A stretch of DNA of 64,000 nucleotides from Myxococcota bacterium (GTDB lineage: Bacteria; Myxococcota_A; SURF-8). Positions within the stretch are counted from its first letter, which is position 1; the number at the start of each line of letters is the position of its first letter. The notes under the pieces were generated by a model. It searched no databases. It saw only the letters and a list, made by a program, of their open reading frames with translations, and was not told the DNA's origin. Position numbers and translations under genes: made by a program. Positions 1-9,636 of this stretch are shown here, in pieces. The stretch lies in NCBI GenBank assembly GCA_965140415.1, contig OZ223209.1, forward strand, positions 5,184,001-5,248,000, read 5' to 3'.

Positions 1-556
1 GCACCCAGCCGCCGGATTTCAATCCCTTTCCTCCGATGCGCGTATAGTTGTAATATTCGGTGAAACTGCTGTAACCCCAGTACCAGATATCCGAATACTC
101 CACCGTGGGCACGTTCAGGTACATCATCGAAGCCAGAACGCTTAGTGACTTGTCATCGTATAGGCCCATTCGATGTCGTTCCAAATATACCGCTACGAAC
201 TCCTCTGCGCTAAATCCCCGCAGCTTCATTCGAAAGGTGGCCTGGCGCTCGGTATCCGAGTATTGATACCCGGCCATTCGCAACTGTTTTTCCTGATCTT
301 TGCTGAAAGAATACGGCCATTCCTGAATGGCCGTATTCTCAGGTGGGTTTTTCTGTTGCACGTTTTTTTGCATGGCACGTTTACCGACGGGGCGTTTTGC
401 AATTAAAACGGGAGAATGATCGACCGCTTCACCGACTCCCGACACTCTCGAATCCTCAAAGGTATCCAATGTAACCGCCCATGCTCCGGTTGGTTGTGCA
501 AGAATGACGATTACGAAACAAGCAACACAGGTTTGCAACCATGACATCGTCTGCAT
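1..556 (-). CDS. Secreted hypothetical protein, partial (runs off the left edge; not in the ORF track)
   Basis: ATG at 556 after a GGAAGGA RBS; frame open to the window edge: MQTMSWLQTCVACFVIVILAQPTGAWA... (signal peptide-like, AWA cleavage site). Confidence 0.75.
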   Translation of the reverse strand, partial: MQTMSWLQTCVACFVIVILAQPTGAWAVTLDTFEDSRVSGVGEAVDHSPVLIAKRPVGKRAMQKNVQQKNPPENTAIQEWPYSFSKDQEKQLRMAGYQYSDTERQATFRMKLRGFSAEEFVAVYLERHRMGLYDDKSLSVLASMMYLNVPTVEYSDIWYWGYSSFTEYYNYTRIGGKGLKSGGWV

Positions 557-581
557 TGTTTTTTCCTTCCAATGATAAATA

Positions 582-3500
582 TTAGGGTGTAGCTGTCGGA
601 TCGATTTCCATATGGCCGCCGCTGATGCATTCGTCGTCCACCGAATCCGTATTGCCGTCGCTGTCGTTATCGACACCATCCTGGCAGAAATCCTGGATGC
701 ATCGGTGATGGTCCAGGTTGCAATAGAAACCGGACGCGCAGTTAGCATCGCTGGTGCAATCCCAACTTCGGTCGGGGAGTTGGTTGCTTAAGTCGTACAG
801 GCCCAGAGTGTCGTCCCAACTGCCTGCGGTCAGCCACTCATCGTTCGGATCGAAATCGAGGTCGTAAACTTCTCCCTCTTGTTTGGCCAACGTGCGAAAG
901 AGCACCGGAAGTGTCGGCGGTGTGCTCCACAAACCGGAGGCGTCCCACAGTTTTGTCGTGTGATCGAGGCTGACACTGCCTAACGTGGAGCCTTCGTAAG
1001 AGAATTTGACGGTGTATCCGATCTTGTCATGGGTATCGATGGTGCCGATGTCTACTGGTGATTGTGGGTCGGTAATGTCCCAGATCCTGATCTGTCCGAT
1101 AGCCGGAGAGCCTCCGTCGCTCGTGCTTACCGCCAGGAAGGATTGATCGGGACTGATCGTCACTCCAAGCACGGCTCCTGTGGTGGTCAGTCTTTTCAGT
1201 TGCGTGCCGCTCATCAGCTCGTAGATGTAAATGATGCCTTTGTCACCCGTTGCAGAGGTATTCCCTCCAGCAACAACCAGCAAACGCCCATCTACGCTTA
1301 AATCCAGTGCTTGGGTTTGGTAATCGCTGTGGGAGTATCGCTTCTTTTCCAAGCCGTCTGCCATGGAGTAAATTACAACGTTCCCTGAAAGAGGGCTATA
1401 GTAGCCGTTTCCAACCACCAGGTAACGCCCGTCCGGCGTGAACTTGATGTCTTTGGGATCGTTGCTGGTCATCGTCAACGTGTGTACGAGGATGCCTGTC
1501 AGGGTTTCATAAACGACCACTGCACCTCTGTAACCGGCTGCAATCAGGGTGCCATCCGGAGAAAACGCGAGTGAATAAGGAGTGCTGGCAATGCTCAGCG
1601 TATTGATTTCGCCCAGGTCGGATGTGTTGTGGATTTTTACTCCCTGGTAATAGGCTCCTGCGACCATGGTGCCGTCGCCGGAATAGTCCACCTCTCGTAC
1701 CCAATCTGGATGTGTAAGGCGATAGTACATCTGGCTTTCGCAGATGCCGTCTTGGCAGTAATCCCAGGTGTTGAAGATACCATTGTCACAGTATCCATCC
1801 TGATTAATGGCGTGGCTTCCGTTGCAGCATTCGTTCACCGTGCTACAGGCGATCAGTTCTCCTTCGCTATCCAGATCGCCATCGGGAGCGGCTTCATCGC
1901 GCACGCAGCGAACCTGGAACTGATAGGAGTCGTAGGCATAGGTAATCTTTCCCCATTTGAAATCAACGTACCAGGGTTTCCCCGCCAGACCGGATTCCAG
2001 GGTAGACGACCAATTCCGCCAGCAGGTTCCCTCCAGATTCGCATTCCAGTAGCAGCCATTTTCCGGACCCATGTTGTAGTCACAGCCACTGCAATTGGTG
2101 CTCCAGCAGGATTCAATGGCGCAGCTATCGGTCACGCCGCAACTGCCCCCGGTTTCAGTTGCCGGGCAGCCTTCCACCAGGGTGCGGAAATCATCGATGG
2201 TCGGCAGCCGCCAGTCGTCGTAGCCATCCCAGCTCAGGTTGTCGCAATAAGTAACTTGCGCCGATTGGTAACTGATTTCCAGTGGCGGGTTCTTCTGCCA
2301 TCTTAGATTGTTGGTGGTGTCCAGCCAGGTTTTCTCGACGATTACCTCGATATCGGCTTCCGGTTCAAGTTCTTGCTCCGGTTCCGCATCCGGCTCGCTG
2401 TCTGGTTCGATGTCCGGGTCGGCATCGCCATCAATTGCCGAGTCTCCGTCAGTCTCGGTATCTCCGTCAGTCTCGGTATCCCCATCGACCACAATGTCAC
2501 CGTCGATTTCGGAATCACCATCAACCACAATGTCACCGTCGACTTCGGTATCACCGTCAATTACAAAGTCCCCATCCGGTTGACCGGCGTCTCTGACGCA
2601 CAATACGGACAAATCTTCGTTTTCGGTATGGCTGACGACATCGGCACCATCGAAATGAATTGCCCAGTAGTTCCCGGCTTGACCGGTATCGCGGGAGGAA
2701 GACCAGTAGAGCGTGTCGCAGCCGGGTAACATTTCCTGTGGCCAATAACAGCCTTGACTCGAGTCACAACTGTTACTCATACAGTCGATGGTCCAACAGG
2801 TATTGTAGTCCAGACAATCCAGCAAGACCGGACATGCACCCGTGGGGGATGTTGCATCGCAGCCCCGTACCAACTGACGCAGTTCCAGAATGTTCGGCAT
2901 GCGCCAGTCTTCATTGCCGTTCCAGACTAGTGCATCGCAATGATGAAGTACTTCGGTATATGTTGCCGTAAAGGGCTGCGCTGGATTCTGCCATTGCAGG
3001 TTTTCGACTAAAAGCACATCCTGTGGTGCGGACTCTAAATCTGTTTCATATTCCTGATCTGCTTCCAGTTCCTGTTCGGCTTCCTGCGCATCCCCGTCTG
3101 CATCCTCGTCTGCATCTTCATCCAAATCACCATCAGTTGGATCGGGGTCCGCATCCGCCACAAGGTCATCGTCGCCATCGACGGTGGGAGTTTCCACGAT
3201 GGTAAGAATCCAGGTTCGGTACATGCCGACCGTACCGTCATCCGACTGCAAAGCCCATAAGAAGGTCAGCACATCGCCAACTTCGATTCCCTGTCCCAGG
3301 AAATTTCCATTGACCTGATAACTTTCCCCCACCATTTCTCCAGTGATTTCCATATAGCTTTCGCTGTTGGGCACCGACAGGATGGCAGCGTCGATGGTTC
3401 CCGGGAAATCCGTATCCAGATTGATGGTAAATCGTTCCGATTTGGCAACGGTCTCCGGTGCATCTAAAAACGTGATCTGCGGTGCCGAGCTGCCGCCCGA

Positions 3501-4085
3501 TCCGGGTGGAGGTGGTTCGTTGATAAGTGTTGCCCCCTGCATGTCGAGCAGATCCATCTGTTCTTTTGCGTCGGGCAGCGGCGTGTCTTCGATGAGAATG
3601 CCGAACTCGATGTAGGGCCCGGTAAGCCATTCTCCTGCTGTGGCCGCTTCGATCTGCAAGGCGAATGTCAGTGTAAAGCGCTCGCCGTGCAGCTGGGCAT
3701 CGTCTTTCAGACTTCCAACGATCGTCATTATCTGCTCTTGCAAATCACCGGTCACGATCCAATAACTGGTTGCGCCTTTGACATACACGATGCTGCGTTT
3801 CACCGCTTCAGGTTGATCGTAGCTGCTGACCAACTCCATTGCAAAAGTGGAGTCCGGGTATAACACTCCACTCATATTCACCTGATCGATGACGGGGGCT
3901 CCGGTTCCATCGCTGGATTCGGGAGGTTCTCCCTCGTTTGGAACGCCGTCTTCGAAGTCGAGCGCATCGGTCAAGCGATCCGCCAGAGTCTTGGCGATGT
4001 CACCCGCGTCGGTATCGTCCGAGCAGGCCGTTAAAGCCAGAGCAACCCAGATGGCTGCGATCACAAAAAATGCATATTTTGACAT
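582..4085 (-). CDS. Large modular lipoprotein: two N-terminal duplicated domains, acidic DGD linkers, two DUF1566/Lcl-like domains, WD40 beta-propeller, Cys-rich tail
   Basis: Lipobox LTAC; two 'L.WQ...YC..L.W.G..DWR.P.I.EL...W.SS...W.V.F..G.......VRCVR' domains; WD40 repeats (e.g. GSWDDTLGLYDL, SLDHTTKLWD); GGGAGG RBS. Confidence 0.85.
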   Translation of the reverse strand: MSKYAFFVIAAIWVALALTACSDDTDAGDIAKTLADRLTDALDFEDGVPNEGEPPESSDGTGAPVIDQVNMSGVLYPDSTFAMELVSSYDQPEAVKRSIVYVKGATSYWIVTGDLQEQIMTIVGSLKDDAQLHGERFTLTFALQIEAATAGEWLTGPYIEFGILIEDTPLPDAKEQMDLLDMQGATLINEPPPPGSGGSSAPQITFLDAPETVAKSERFTINLDTDFPGTIDAAILSVPNSESYMEITGEMVGESYQVNGNFLGQGIEVGDVLTFLWALQSDDGTVGMYRTWILTIVETPTVDGDDDLVADADPDPTDGDLDEDADEDADGDAQEAEQELEADQEYETDLESAPQDVLLVENLQWQNPAQPFTATYTEVLHHCDALVWNGNEDWRMPNILELRQLVRGCDATSPTGACPVLLDCLDYNTCWTIDCMSNSCDSSQGCYWPQEMLPGCDTLYWSSSRDTGQAGNYWAIHFDGADVVSHTENEDLSVLCVRDAGQPDGDFVIDGDTEVDGDIVVDGDSEIDGDIVVDGDTETDGDTETDGDSAIDGDADPDIEPDSEPDAEPEQELEPEADIEVIVEKTWLDTTNNLRWQKNPPLEISYQSAQVTYCDNLSWDGYDDWRLPTIDDFRTLVEGCPATETGGSCGVTDSCAIESCWSTNCSGCDYNMGPENGCYWNANLEGTCWRNWSSTLESGLAGKPWYVDFKWGKITYAYDSYQFQVRCVRDEAAPDGDLDSEGELIACSTVNECCNGSHAINQDGYCDNGIFNTWDYCQDGICESQMYYRLTHPDWVREVDYSGDGTMVAGAYYQGVKIHNTSDLGEINTLSIASTPYSLAFSPDGTLIAAGYRGAVVVYETLTGILVHTLTMTSNDPKDIKFTPDGRYLVVGNGYYSPLSGNVVIYSMADGLEKKRYSHSDYQTQALDLSVDGRLLVVAGGNTSATGDKGIIYIYELMSGTQLKRLTTTGAVLGVTISPDQSFLAVSTSDGGSPAIGQIRIWDITDPQSPVDIGTIDTHDKIGYTVKFSYEGSTLGSVSLDHTTKLWDASGLWSTPPTLPVLFRTLAKQEGEVYDLDFDPNDEWLTAGSWDDTLGLYDLSNQLPDRSWDCTSDANCASGFYCNLDHHRCIQDFCQDGVDNDSDGNTDSVDDECISGGHMEIDPTATP

Positions 4086-4442
4086 ACCTTACCTCCCATT
4101 GTAGGTAACCGTAACTGCATACTCTGGATAGTTAAATATTATGATGTCACCATAGCACTCATGTTTGAAAATGAGAAGGATTTTCAGAGGCGGTTTTACC
4201 AAGAGTAAAGAATAAATATTCTGTGAAGGACGCGTTTTGAAAATCTCAGTCTTGGCTTGGGTGAGTTTTGGGATTCCCTTGTGAATTCATGTGGGTAGAG
4301 TGCGGCTTGGTGAGATATGTCGGATCTCATTTGGTTTCGTGGTTCAATCGTCTTGAACGTGATCCAATCAAGCGATTTACCAGAGTTCATGTTTGTAGAA
4401 TCAAACGTAAAAGTTTGAGCTTGATCGTCAACTTGACTAAAA

Positions 4443-6257
4443 CTATTGCTTGTCCTTTATCGCTTTTGTGTTGGCAATAAGTTCCTTTTCAATACGACAT
4501 CCTTCCTCAGATCCTAAAGCACAACCTTTGCTGGCATAGGTCATTGCTTCATCTAACTTTCCTTTCTCTTGGTACAATTTCATCTGTGCATCACAGGCTT
4601 CTGCCAATCCCAAGTCACAGCCTTTGCTCGCATAAGATGAAATTTCTTCATGTCTCCCCAGCTTTTGTAAAATCTCGGTTGCTTTTTGGCAGGAGTTGGC
4701 AGTTCCCATGTTTGAACTTCCAACTTGTGTCACCTTGGGGGAATTTAAATCCTGTATCGTAATCGAAATCGAAGAGTTGTCCTTCAGAGGAGAAATTGTG
4801 TCCATTCCCTTTTCACATCCTTGGCTTGCGTATCGAAACGCTGTTTCCAAGTCGCCTTTTCCTTCATACAATACAGCCGCTTGTTCACAAGCATGACCCG
4901 TTCCCAGTTCGCAACCTTTCTGAGTGTATGGCAGAGCCTCGTTTTGCTTGTTTTGTTCCAGAAGGAGTTTTGCAGCATTTAAGCAAGATTGCCCATTTCC
5001 TAAATCACAGCCTTTTGAAGCCGGCTGTAAAGCTTCCTCATTTTTCTCCATCAGTACCAGGATAGAAGCCTCATTGCCGCAAGCTAGGGCATTTTTAAGA
5101 TTGCACCCATTGTTGGCATAGGATAATGCTTCTTCAGGTTTTTCCTGCTTGACTAGAATCACGGCAGCGTTGTTACAAGCTAAAGCATCTTTCTGTTTAC
5201 AGCCTTTGATTGCATAGGTCATTGCTTCATCAAGTTTGTTCAGACCGATCAGGGCCCCTGCTGCGTTGCCACATGTGTTTTCTCCTCCTAATTCACATGC
5301 CATGATTGCATAAGAGGACGCTTCTTCGAACTTTCCTTGTTTGGAAAGGATTCCTGATGCGCTGCTGCATGCTTCACCATTTTTTAGCTGACAGCCTTTT
5401 TCAGAAAAGCGCCATGCTTCATCTTCTTTCCCTTCTAACAACAAAATGTATGCCGAACGGTTGCAAGCCAGACCATCTTCCAATTCACAACCTTTTTTTG
5501 CGTATGGTAATGCATCCTTGAATTTTCCCTGGCCAGCCATAACATTGACGATTTCTGAGCAAGCTGATCTGTTTCCCAATTCGCAACCTTGTTTTAAACA
5601 AAATGTTGCTTCATCTTGTTTCTTTTGATGCTGTAGGATATAGCCAGCTTGCCAACAAGCAAAAGCATCTTTCATCTCGCAGCCTTTTCTTGCGAATGGT
5701 AATGCCTCGTCGAGTTTTCCCTGATTACCCCAAATTTCAGCGCCTCTTTTACAGGCGATTCCATTTCCCAGATCACAACCAGTTTTTAGATACTGCGTTG
5801 CTTCATTGGATTTCCCTTGGTCCTCCAATATTTTAGCTGCCATGATGCAGGAAACGTCACTTTTTTGTTCACAGCCACTCTTTGCATAGGGCCATGCCTC
5901 AACTAATTTTCCTTGCATCGCCAGGATTCCCGCTACTAAGCTGCATGCGTTTTGGCTTCCCGTTTCGCAGCCTTTCTTTCCAATAGGCAATGCTTCATCC
6001 GCTTTGTTCTGGTCTATCAATATTTTTGCAGCAATAAAACAACTCGGACCGTTTTTCAGCTCGCATGCTTTTTTGGCGTAGAGCAACGTCCCGTTCAAAT
6101 CGCCTTTTTCAATAGTGGCAGCCATCACATCAAGGCATGCCTTTACACTTCCTTCAAGGCAATCCGATTTTTCATCCGCTAGTGCAGTAGATCCAAAGAT
6201 TGACATTGTGAACATCACAGTCAAGAAAGAGAGATGCTTTAGCATGACTACCTCCAT
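4443..6257 (-). CDS. Secreted Cys-rich Sel1/Hcp-like helical repeat protein
   Basis: Signal peptide ending ALA; 17 Cys pairs (mostly CX7C) in ~32-aa repeats of the form 'EA..YA.KGCELG.G.AC..AA.IL'; true start probably the second Met (MLKHL). Confidence 0.85.
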   Translation of the reverse strand: MEVVMLKHLSFLTVMFTMSIFGSTALADEKSDCLEGSVKACLDVMAATIEKGDLNGTLLYAKKACELKNGPSCFIAAKILIDQNKADEALPIGKKGCETGSQNACSLVAGILAMQGKLVEAWPYAKSGCEQKSDVSCIMAAKILEDQGKSNEATQYLKTGCDLGNGIACKRGAEIWGNQGKLDEALPFARKGCEMKDAFACWQAGYILQHQKKQDEATFCLKQGCELGNRSACSEIVNVMAGQGKFKDALPYAKKGCELEDGLACNRSAYILLLEGKEDEAWRFSEKGCQLKNGEACSSASGILSKQGKFEEASSYAIMACELGGENTCGNAAGALIGLNKLDEAMTYAIKGCKQKDALACNNAAVILVKQEKPEEALSYANNGCNLKNALACGNEASILVLMEKNEEALQPASKGCDLGNGQSCLNAAKLLLEQNKQNEALPYTQKGCELGTGHACEQAAVLYEGKGDLETAFRYASQGCEKGMDTISPLKDNSSISITIQDLNSPKVTQVGSSNMGTANSCQKATEILQKLGRHEEISSYASKGCDLGLAEACDAQMKLYQEKGKLDEAMTYASKGCALGSEEGCRIEKELIANTKAIKDKQ

Positions 6258-6389
6258 TTTTATCTTTGAGATGAGTCTGATGGTATTAGTTGCATTGGGT
6301 GGTTGTAATGGTGCAATGACTCATTAGAACTCCCCAAAATGTTAATCTTCGTATGTGACTAATGTGACTGAGTACATTCTTGTTGTCAA

Positions 6390-6421
6390 GTACTAATCAT
6401 GATGCGTACTAATCATGATGC
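6390..6421. repeat. Perfect 16-bp tandem duplication (GTACTAATCATGATGC x2)
   Basis: Read directly in the AT-rich intergenic region. Confidence 0.9.
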
Positions 6422-6598
6422 GGTTCAAGTTAAGAAAGGTGGAAAGTAGGTAAATCCTATTATATCAAATTGATACTAAGATTAGTAATATTACACTGAA
6501 TATACTCCATAAAAGCAAGATGACGGCTGCTGTTGCCGTCGGCGGGGTGGTGCGGGTTGTGATTGTGATTGAATCGAGAAGGGGGAGTTCTGTTTTTT

Positions 6599-7369
6599 TT
6601 ACAATACGCTTTCCTGGGCGGCGATCGCTTTTTTCACCTTTAGGATCGCCTTGCTGTGCAGTTGCGAAATCCGTGATTCCGACAGATCCAGCACTTTTCC
6701 GATTTCCTTGTAGTTCAATTCATCGAAGTAGTACAGCGACAACACCAGGCGCAGTTTCTCCGGCAGATCGGCGATGGCTTCGGTCAGTTGTTCTTTCATC
6801 GATTTCTCGGCCAGTTCCCGATACGGTTGAAACTCGGTATGGCCGGCATCCACGGCGTCGGCTTCGCTGGCCTGTACGGCAATCGTGCCGGTGGCGTCTT
6901 GGATGTCCAAAAAAACCAGGGAGCGCGTTTGGCTCATCATGGCTTGTAACTCCTGTAGTTCGATCCCCATTTCTTTGGCGATTTCTTCTTCCGTGGGTTT
7001 GCGTCCCAGGCGACCCTCAAGTGTTGCCACGGTTTGTCCGACCGTGTTGGCCATTCTGCGACTGCCGCGCGAAAGGCTGTCGTTGCAGCGTAATTCATCT
7101 AGAATCGAACCCTTGATGCGCAATTCGGAATAGGCGGCAAAGCTTTTGCCTTTACTGGGATCGAATTTTTCGGCAGCGTCGATCAGACCCATCGTGCCCA
7201 CGGAAATGAGATCTTCGACTTGAATGGTTTCCGGTAAGCGAGAGACTATCCGATAGGCGACTCGTTTCACGATGCGCAGGTGGTCCAACACCAGTTTGTC
7301 GCGTTCCGCTTGCGATCGGAAAGGAGACTGTCGCTGTTCTTTTTCTCTATGTTCTGCTTCCTGATACAT
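6599..7369 (-). CDS. fliA: Flagellar sigma factor sigma28 (FliA/WhiG)
   Basis: EDLISVGTMGLIDAAEKFDPSKG...RIKGSILDELR; region 4 EIGKVLDLSESRISQLHSKA; downstream of flhF/flhG. Confidence 0.95.
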   Translation of the reverse strand: MYQEAEHREKEQRQSPFRSQAERDKLVLDHLRIVKRVAYRIVSRLPETIQVEDLISVGTMGLIDAAEKFDPSKGKSFAAYSELRIKGSILDELRCNDSLSRGSRRMANTVGQTVATLEGRLGRKPTEEEIAKEMGIELQELQAMMSQTRSLVFLDIQDATGTIAVQASEADAVDAGHTEFQPYRELAEKSMKEQLTEAIADLPEKLRLVLSLYYFDELNYKEIGKVLDLSESRISQLHSKAILKVKKAIAAQESVL

Positions 7370-7377
7370 AACTATTC

Positions 7378-8205
7378 CTAATCGATAATTCGAGACCAGA
7401 GCAAAGGCGTTTCACCGGCACGCGTACGGGCTCGCTTGGCAAGTATGGCCTCCGAGAGACCTTTGAGAGCCAGCGAAGCAGGTGAAGACGGGAACGCATC
7501 GACAAAGGGACGCTGCTGGGTGATGGCTTTGCTTACGACTTTGTCATAGGGGATCGAGCCCATGTAGTCGATGACGACATCTATGAAATTATCCGCGACA
7601 TCCGAAAGCGTCTGGTAAACGCGCAACGCGGCTGCTTCACTGTGTGCGGAATTGACGACGACCTGAAAGCGGCTGACGTTGTATTCCTGGCGCAGAACTT
7701 TGATGATGGCATAGGAATCGGCCAATGAAGTCGGTTCCTGGTTGACCACCACGATCACGTGCTGACTGGCGGCGGCGAAATTCAACACCGACGATCCGAT
7801 GCCCGCAGCCGTGTCGATCAGGATCATATCGTAGCGATTACCCAGGGTTTCCAACTGTCCCAGAACCAGCATCTGCTGGTCGGCGTCCAGATTGGCCATT
7901 TTGCTGATGCCGCTGGAGGCGGGCAGGATGTGAATACCGCCCGGTCCGCGCACGATGATGTCATTGATGCTTTTCTCTTCGTCCAATAAGTGTTGGAAAT
8001 TGTATTTCGGGCGGATGCCGTACATGATATCGACGTTGGCCAGACCCAAATCGCCGTCGACGACCAGAGTTTTGCGGCCAGCCGCCACAAAGTTGACGGC
8101 AAGATTGACCGTGAGCGACGTTTTTCCAACACCACCCTTTCCGGACGTTACGGCGAGCACCATCGGTGCATAACCACGGGATTTTCTTAGGGGTCTATCT
8201 GCCAC
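7378..8205 (-). CDS. flhG: MinD/ParA-family flagellar number regulator FlhG/FleN
   Basis: Deviant Walker A SGKGGVGKT, DGDLGLANVD, EPTSLADSYA; lies between flhF and fliA. Confidence 0.93.
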   Translation of the reverse strand: MADRPLRKSRGYAPMVLAVTSGKGGVGKTSLTVNLAVNFVAAGRKTLVVDGDLGLANVDIMYGIRPKYNFQHLLDEEKSINDIIVRGPGGIHILPASSGISKMANLDADQQMLVLGQLETLGNRYDMILIDTAAGIGSSVLNFAAASQHVIVVVNQEPTSLADSYAIIKVLRQEYNVSRFQVVVNSAHSEAAALRVYQTLSDVADNFIDVVIDYMGSIPYDKVVSKAITQQRPFVDAFPSSPASLALKGLSEAILAKRARTRAGETPLLWSRIID

Positions 8206-8252
8206 GAGTCAAGCCTCCTTGCTATGGGCAGTTGCGCATCATGCCTTGTAAA

Positions 8253-9602
8253 TCAGTGGAATAACAGCTCGTTCAGTCGCTTGGACGTTGCTTGTTCTAT
8301 ATCTTCCGGTACGCGCTGGCCAGTAGTGAAATAGCTGAACGGGCGCTTGGCGGCCATGTACGCATTTAATAGACCGCCGTAGGTCACGGTTTCATCCAAT
8401 TTTGAGAAGACCATGTAATGATATCCGATCTGATCGTACAGTTCGGAGAAGGAAACCAGGTCGCGCTCTTTGGTTGGCGCGGACAAAACCAGGTGTCGTT
8501 CGATGCCGGGAACGCTGTCCAGCGTCTGGCTTAAACGCTCTAACAGCTCCATATCACGCGGGTTTTGCCCGGCAGTGTCCACCAGTGTAACGTTTCTGCT
8601 CTTAAAGGCCCGGATGGCCTGCTGAAAATCACGTTTGTTGGATGCGGCCAGCAGGGGAATACGGCTGGAATCCGCAAATTTGCGAAGCTGATCGACTGCG
8701 CCAACGCGGAAATTATCGACGGTGATCAAGCCTACGGAGATGTTTTGCCGGGCCAGTCCCGCAGCGATTTTGGCGATGGTGGTGGTTTTTCCCACACCGG
8801 TCGGACCGATCAGCGCTGCAATACGGCGTTTGCGGGTTTTACCCAGCGCGCCACCGGTGCGCACGTTTCCGGCGACCAGAGAATTTAAAAAGGTTTGTAC
8901 TTTTTGCGGTTGCCAGGGTTTGTGCGGGTTGAAGCGGCTGCACAGCCGATTCAGCATTTCCTGAGCGATATCAGGTTGAACGCCGGTATCCAGCAGGTAG
9001 AAATACAAGGAGGTCACCTGCGGCGGCATCGGTTTTTTCAGGCTGTTGGGGTCGGGCAGAGGAACCGAAGCAATCGGCTCCGGGCTGAAAGCCGTTTGAT
9101 GCCAGTTGCCTTGCGATTCTTTCACCGAAGCGGTCGGGTGGATGTAGTCTTCCGTCTCTTCCGTCTCTTCCGTCTCTTCCGTATCGTACGAATCGGCAAC
9201 GCTGTCCGTTACGGTTGTGGTTGCAGCACGGTGAGAGGTCGTCGAGCGCGCGGCGCGTGCATTGTGCAGCGGACGCGCTTTATCTTCGGCAGGAGCCATT
9301 TCGGCATAAAGCTGACTGAGCAGCTGTTCCGCTTCTTTGCGTTCGGCATCCGAATGGACACTTGCAGGCGCCGAGGTGTTTTCGGCAACGACAGGCTTGG
9401 CTTCGTAGTCGTCTTTGGCGTTTTCCGGGGCGTCCTGATCTTCATCCGGACGACGAGCCAGAATTTCCACCCTGCGACGTTTACCGGCCAAGCCGTTTTT
9501 CTTTTCCTGGACGGAAACGATCACCGCGTCCCTACCCAGTTCTCCACGGACGGTCATCAAGCCTTCCGGAATGCTGTCGGCGACGTAACGATGAATTTCC
9601 AT
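8253..9602 (-). CDS. flhF: Flagellar SRP-type GTPase FlhF
   Basis: GPTGVGKTTTIAKIA, DTAG, SKLDET, TTGQRVPEDI; N-terminal 'VRGELGRDAVIVS' motif. Confidence 0.95.
   Translation of the reverse strand: MEIHRYVADSIPEGLMTVRGELGRDAVIVSVQEKKNGLAGKRRRVEILARRPDEDQDAPENAKDDYEAKPVVAENTSAPASVHSDAERKEAEQLLSQLYAEMAPAEDKARPLHNARAARSTTSHRAATTTVTDSVADSYDTEETEETEETEDYIHPTASVKESQGNWHQTAFSPEPIASVPLPDPNSLKKPMPPQVTSLYFYLLDTGVQPDIAQEMLNRLCSRFNPHKPWQPQKVQTFLNSLVAGNVRTGGALGKTRKRRIAALIGPTGVGKTTTIAKIAAGLARQNISVGLITVDNFRVGAVDQLRKFADSSRIPLLAASNKRDFQQAIRAFKSRNVTLVDTAGQNPRDMELLERLSQTLDSVPGIERHLVLSAPTKERDLVSFSELYDQIGYHYMVFSKLDETVTYGGLLNAYMAAKRPFSYFTTGQRVPEDIEQATSKRLNELLFH
9148..9183. repeat. In-frame 9-bp tandem repeat x4 (TEE) in the FlhF linker
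   Basis: TCTTCCGTC x3 plus TCTTCCGTA. Confidence 0.9.
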
Positions 9603-9636
9603 GACCTCGCTCCTTTACGTTCTCGGCTCTTCCGCT

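Noticed and set aside
582-4085. Active diversity-generating retroelement
   Set aside because: No reverse transcriptase or template repeat in the window; the DUF1566 domains are internal and divergent throughout
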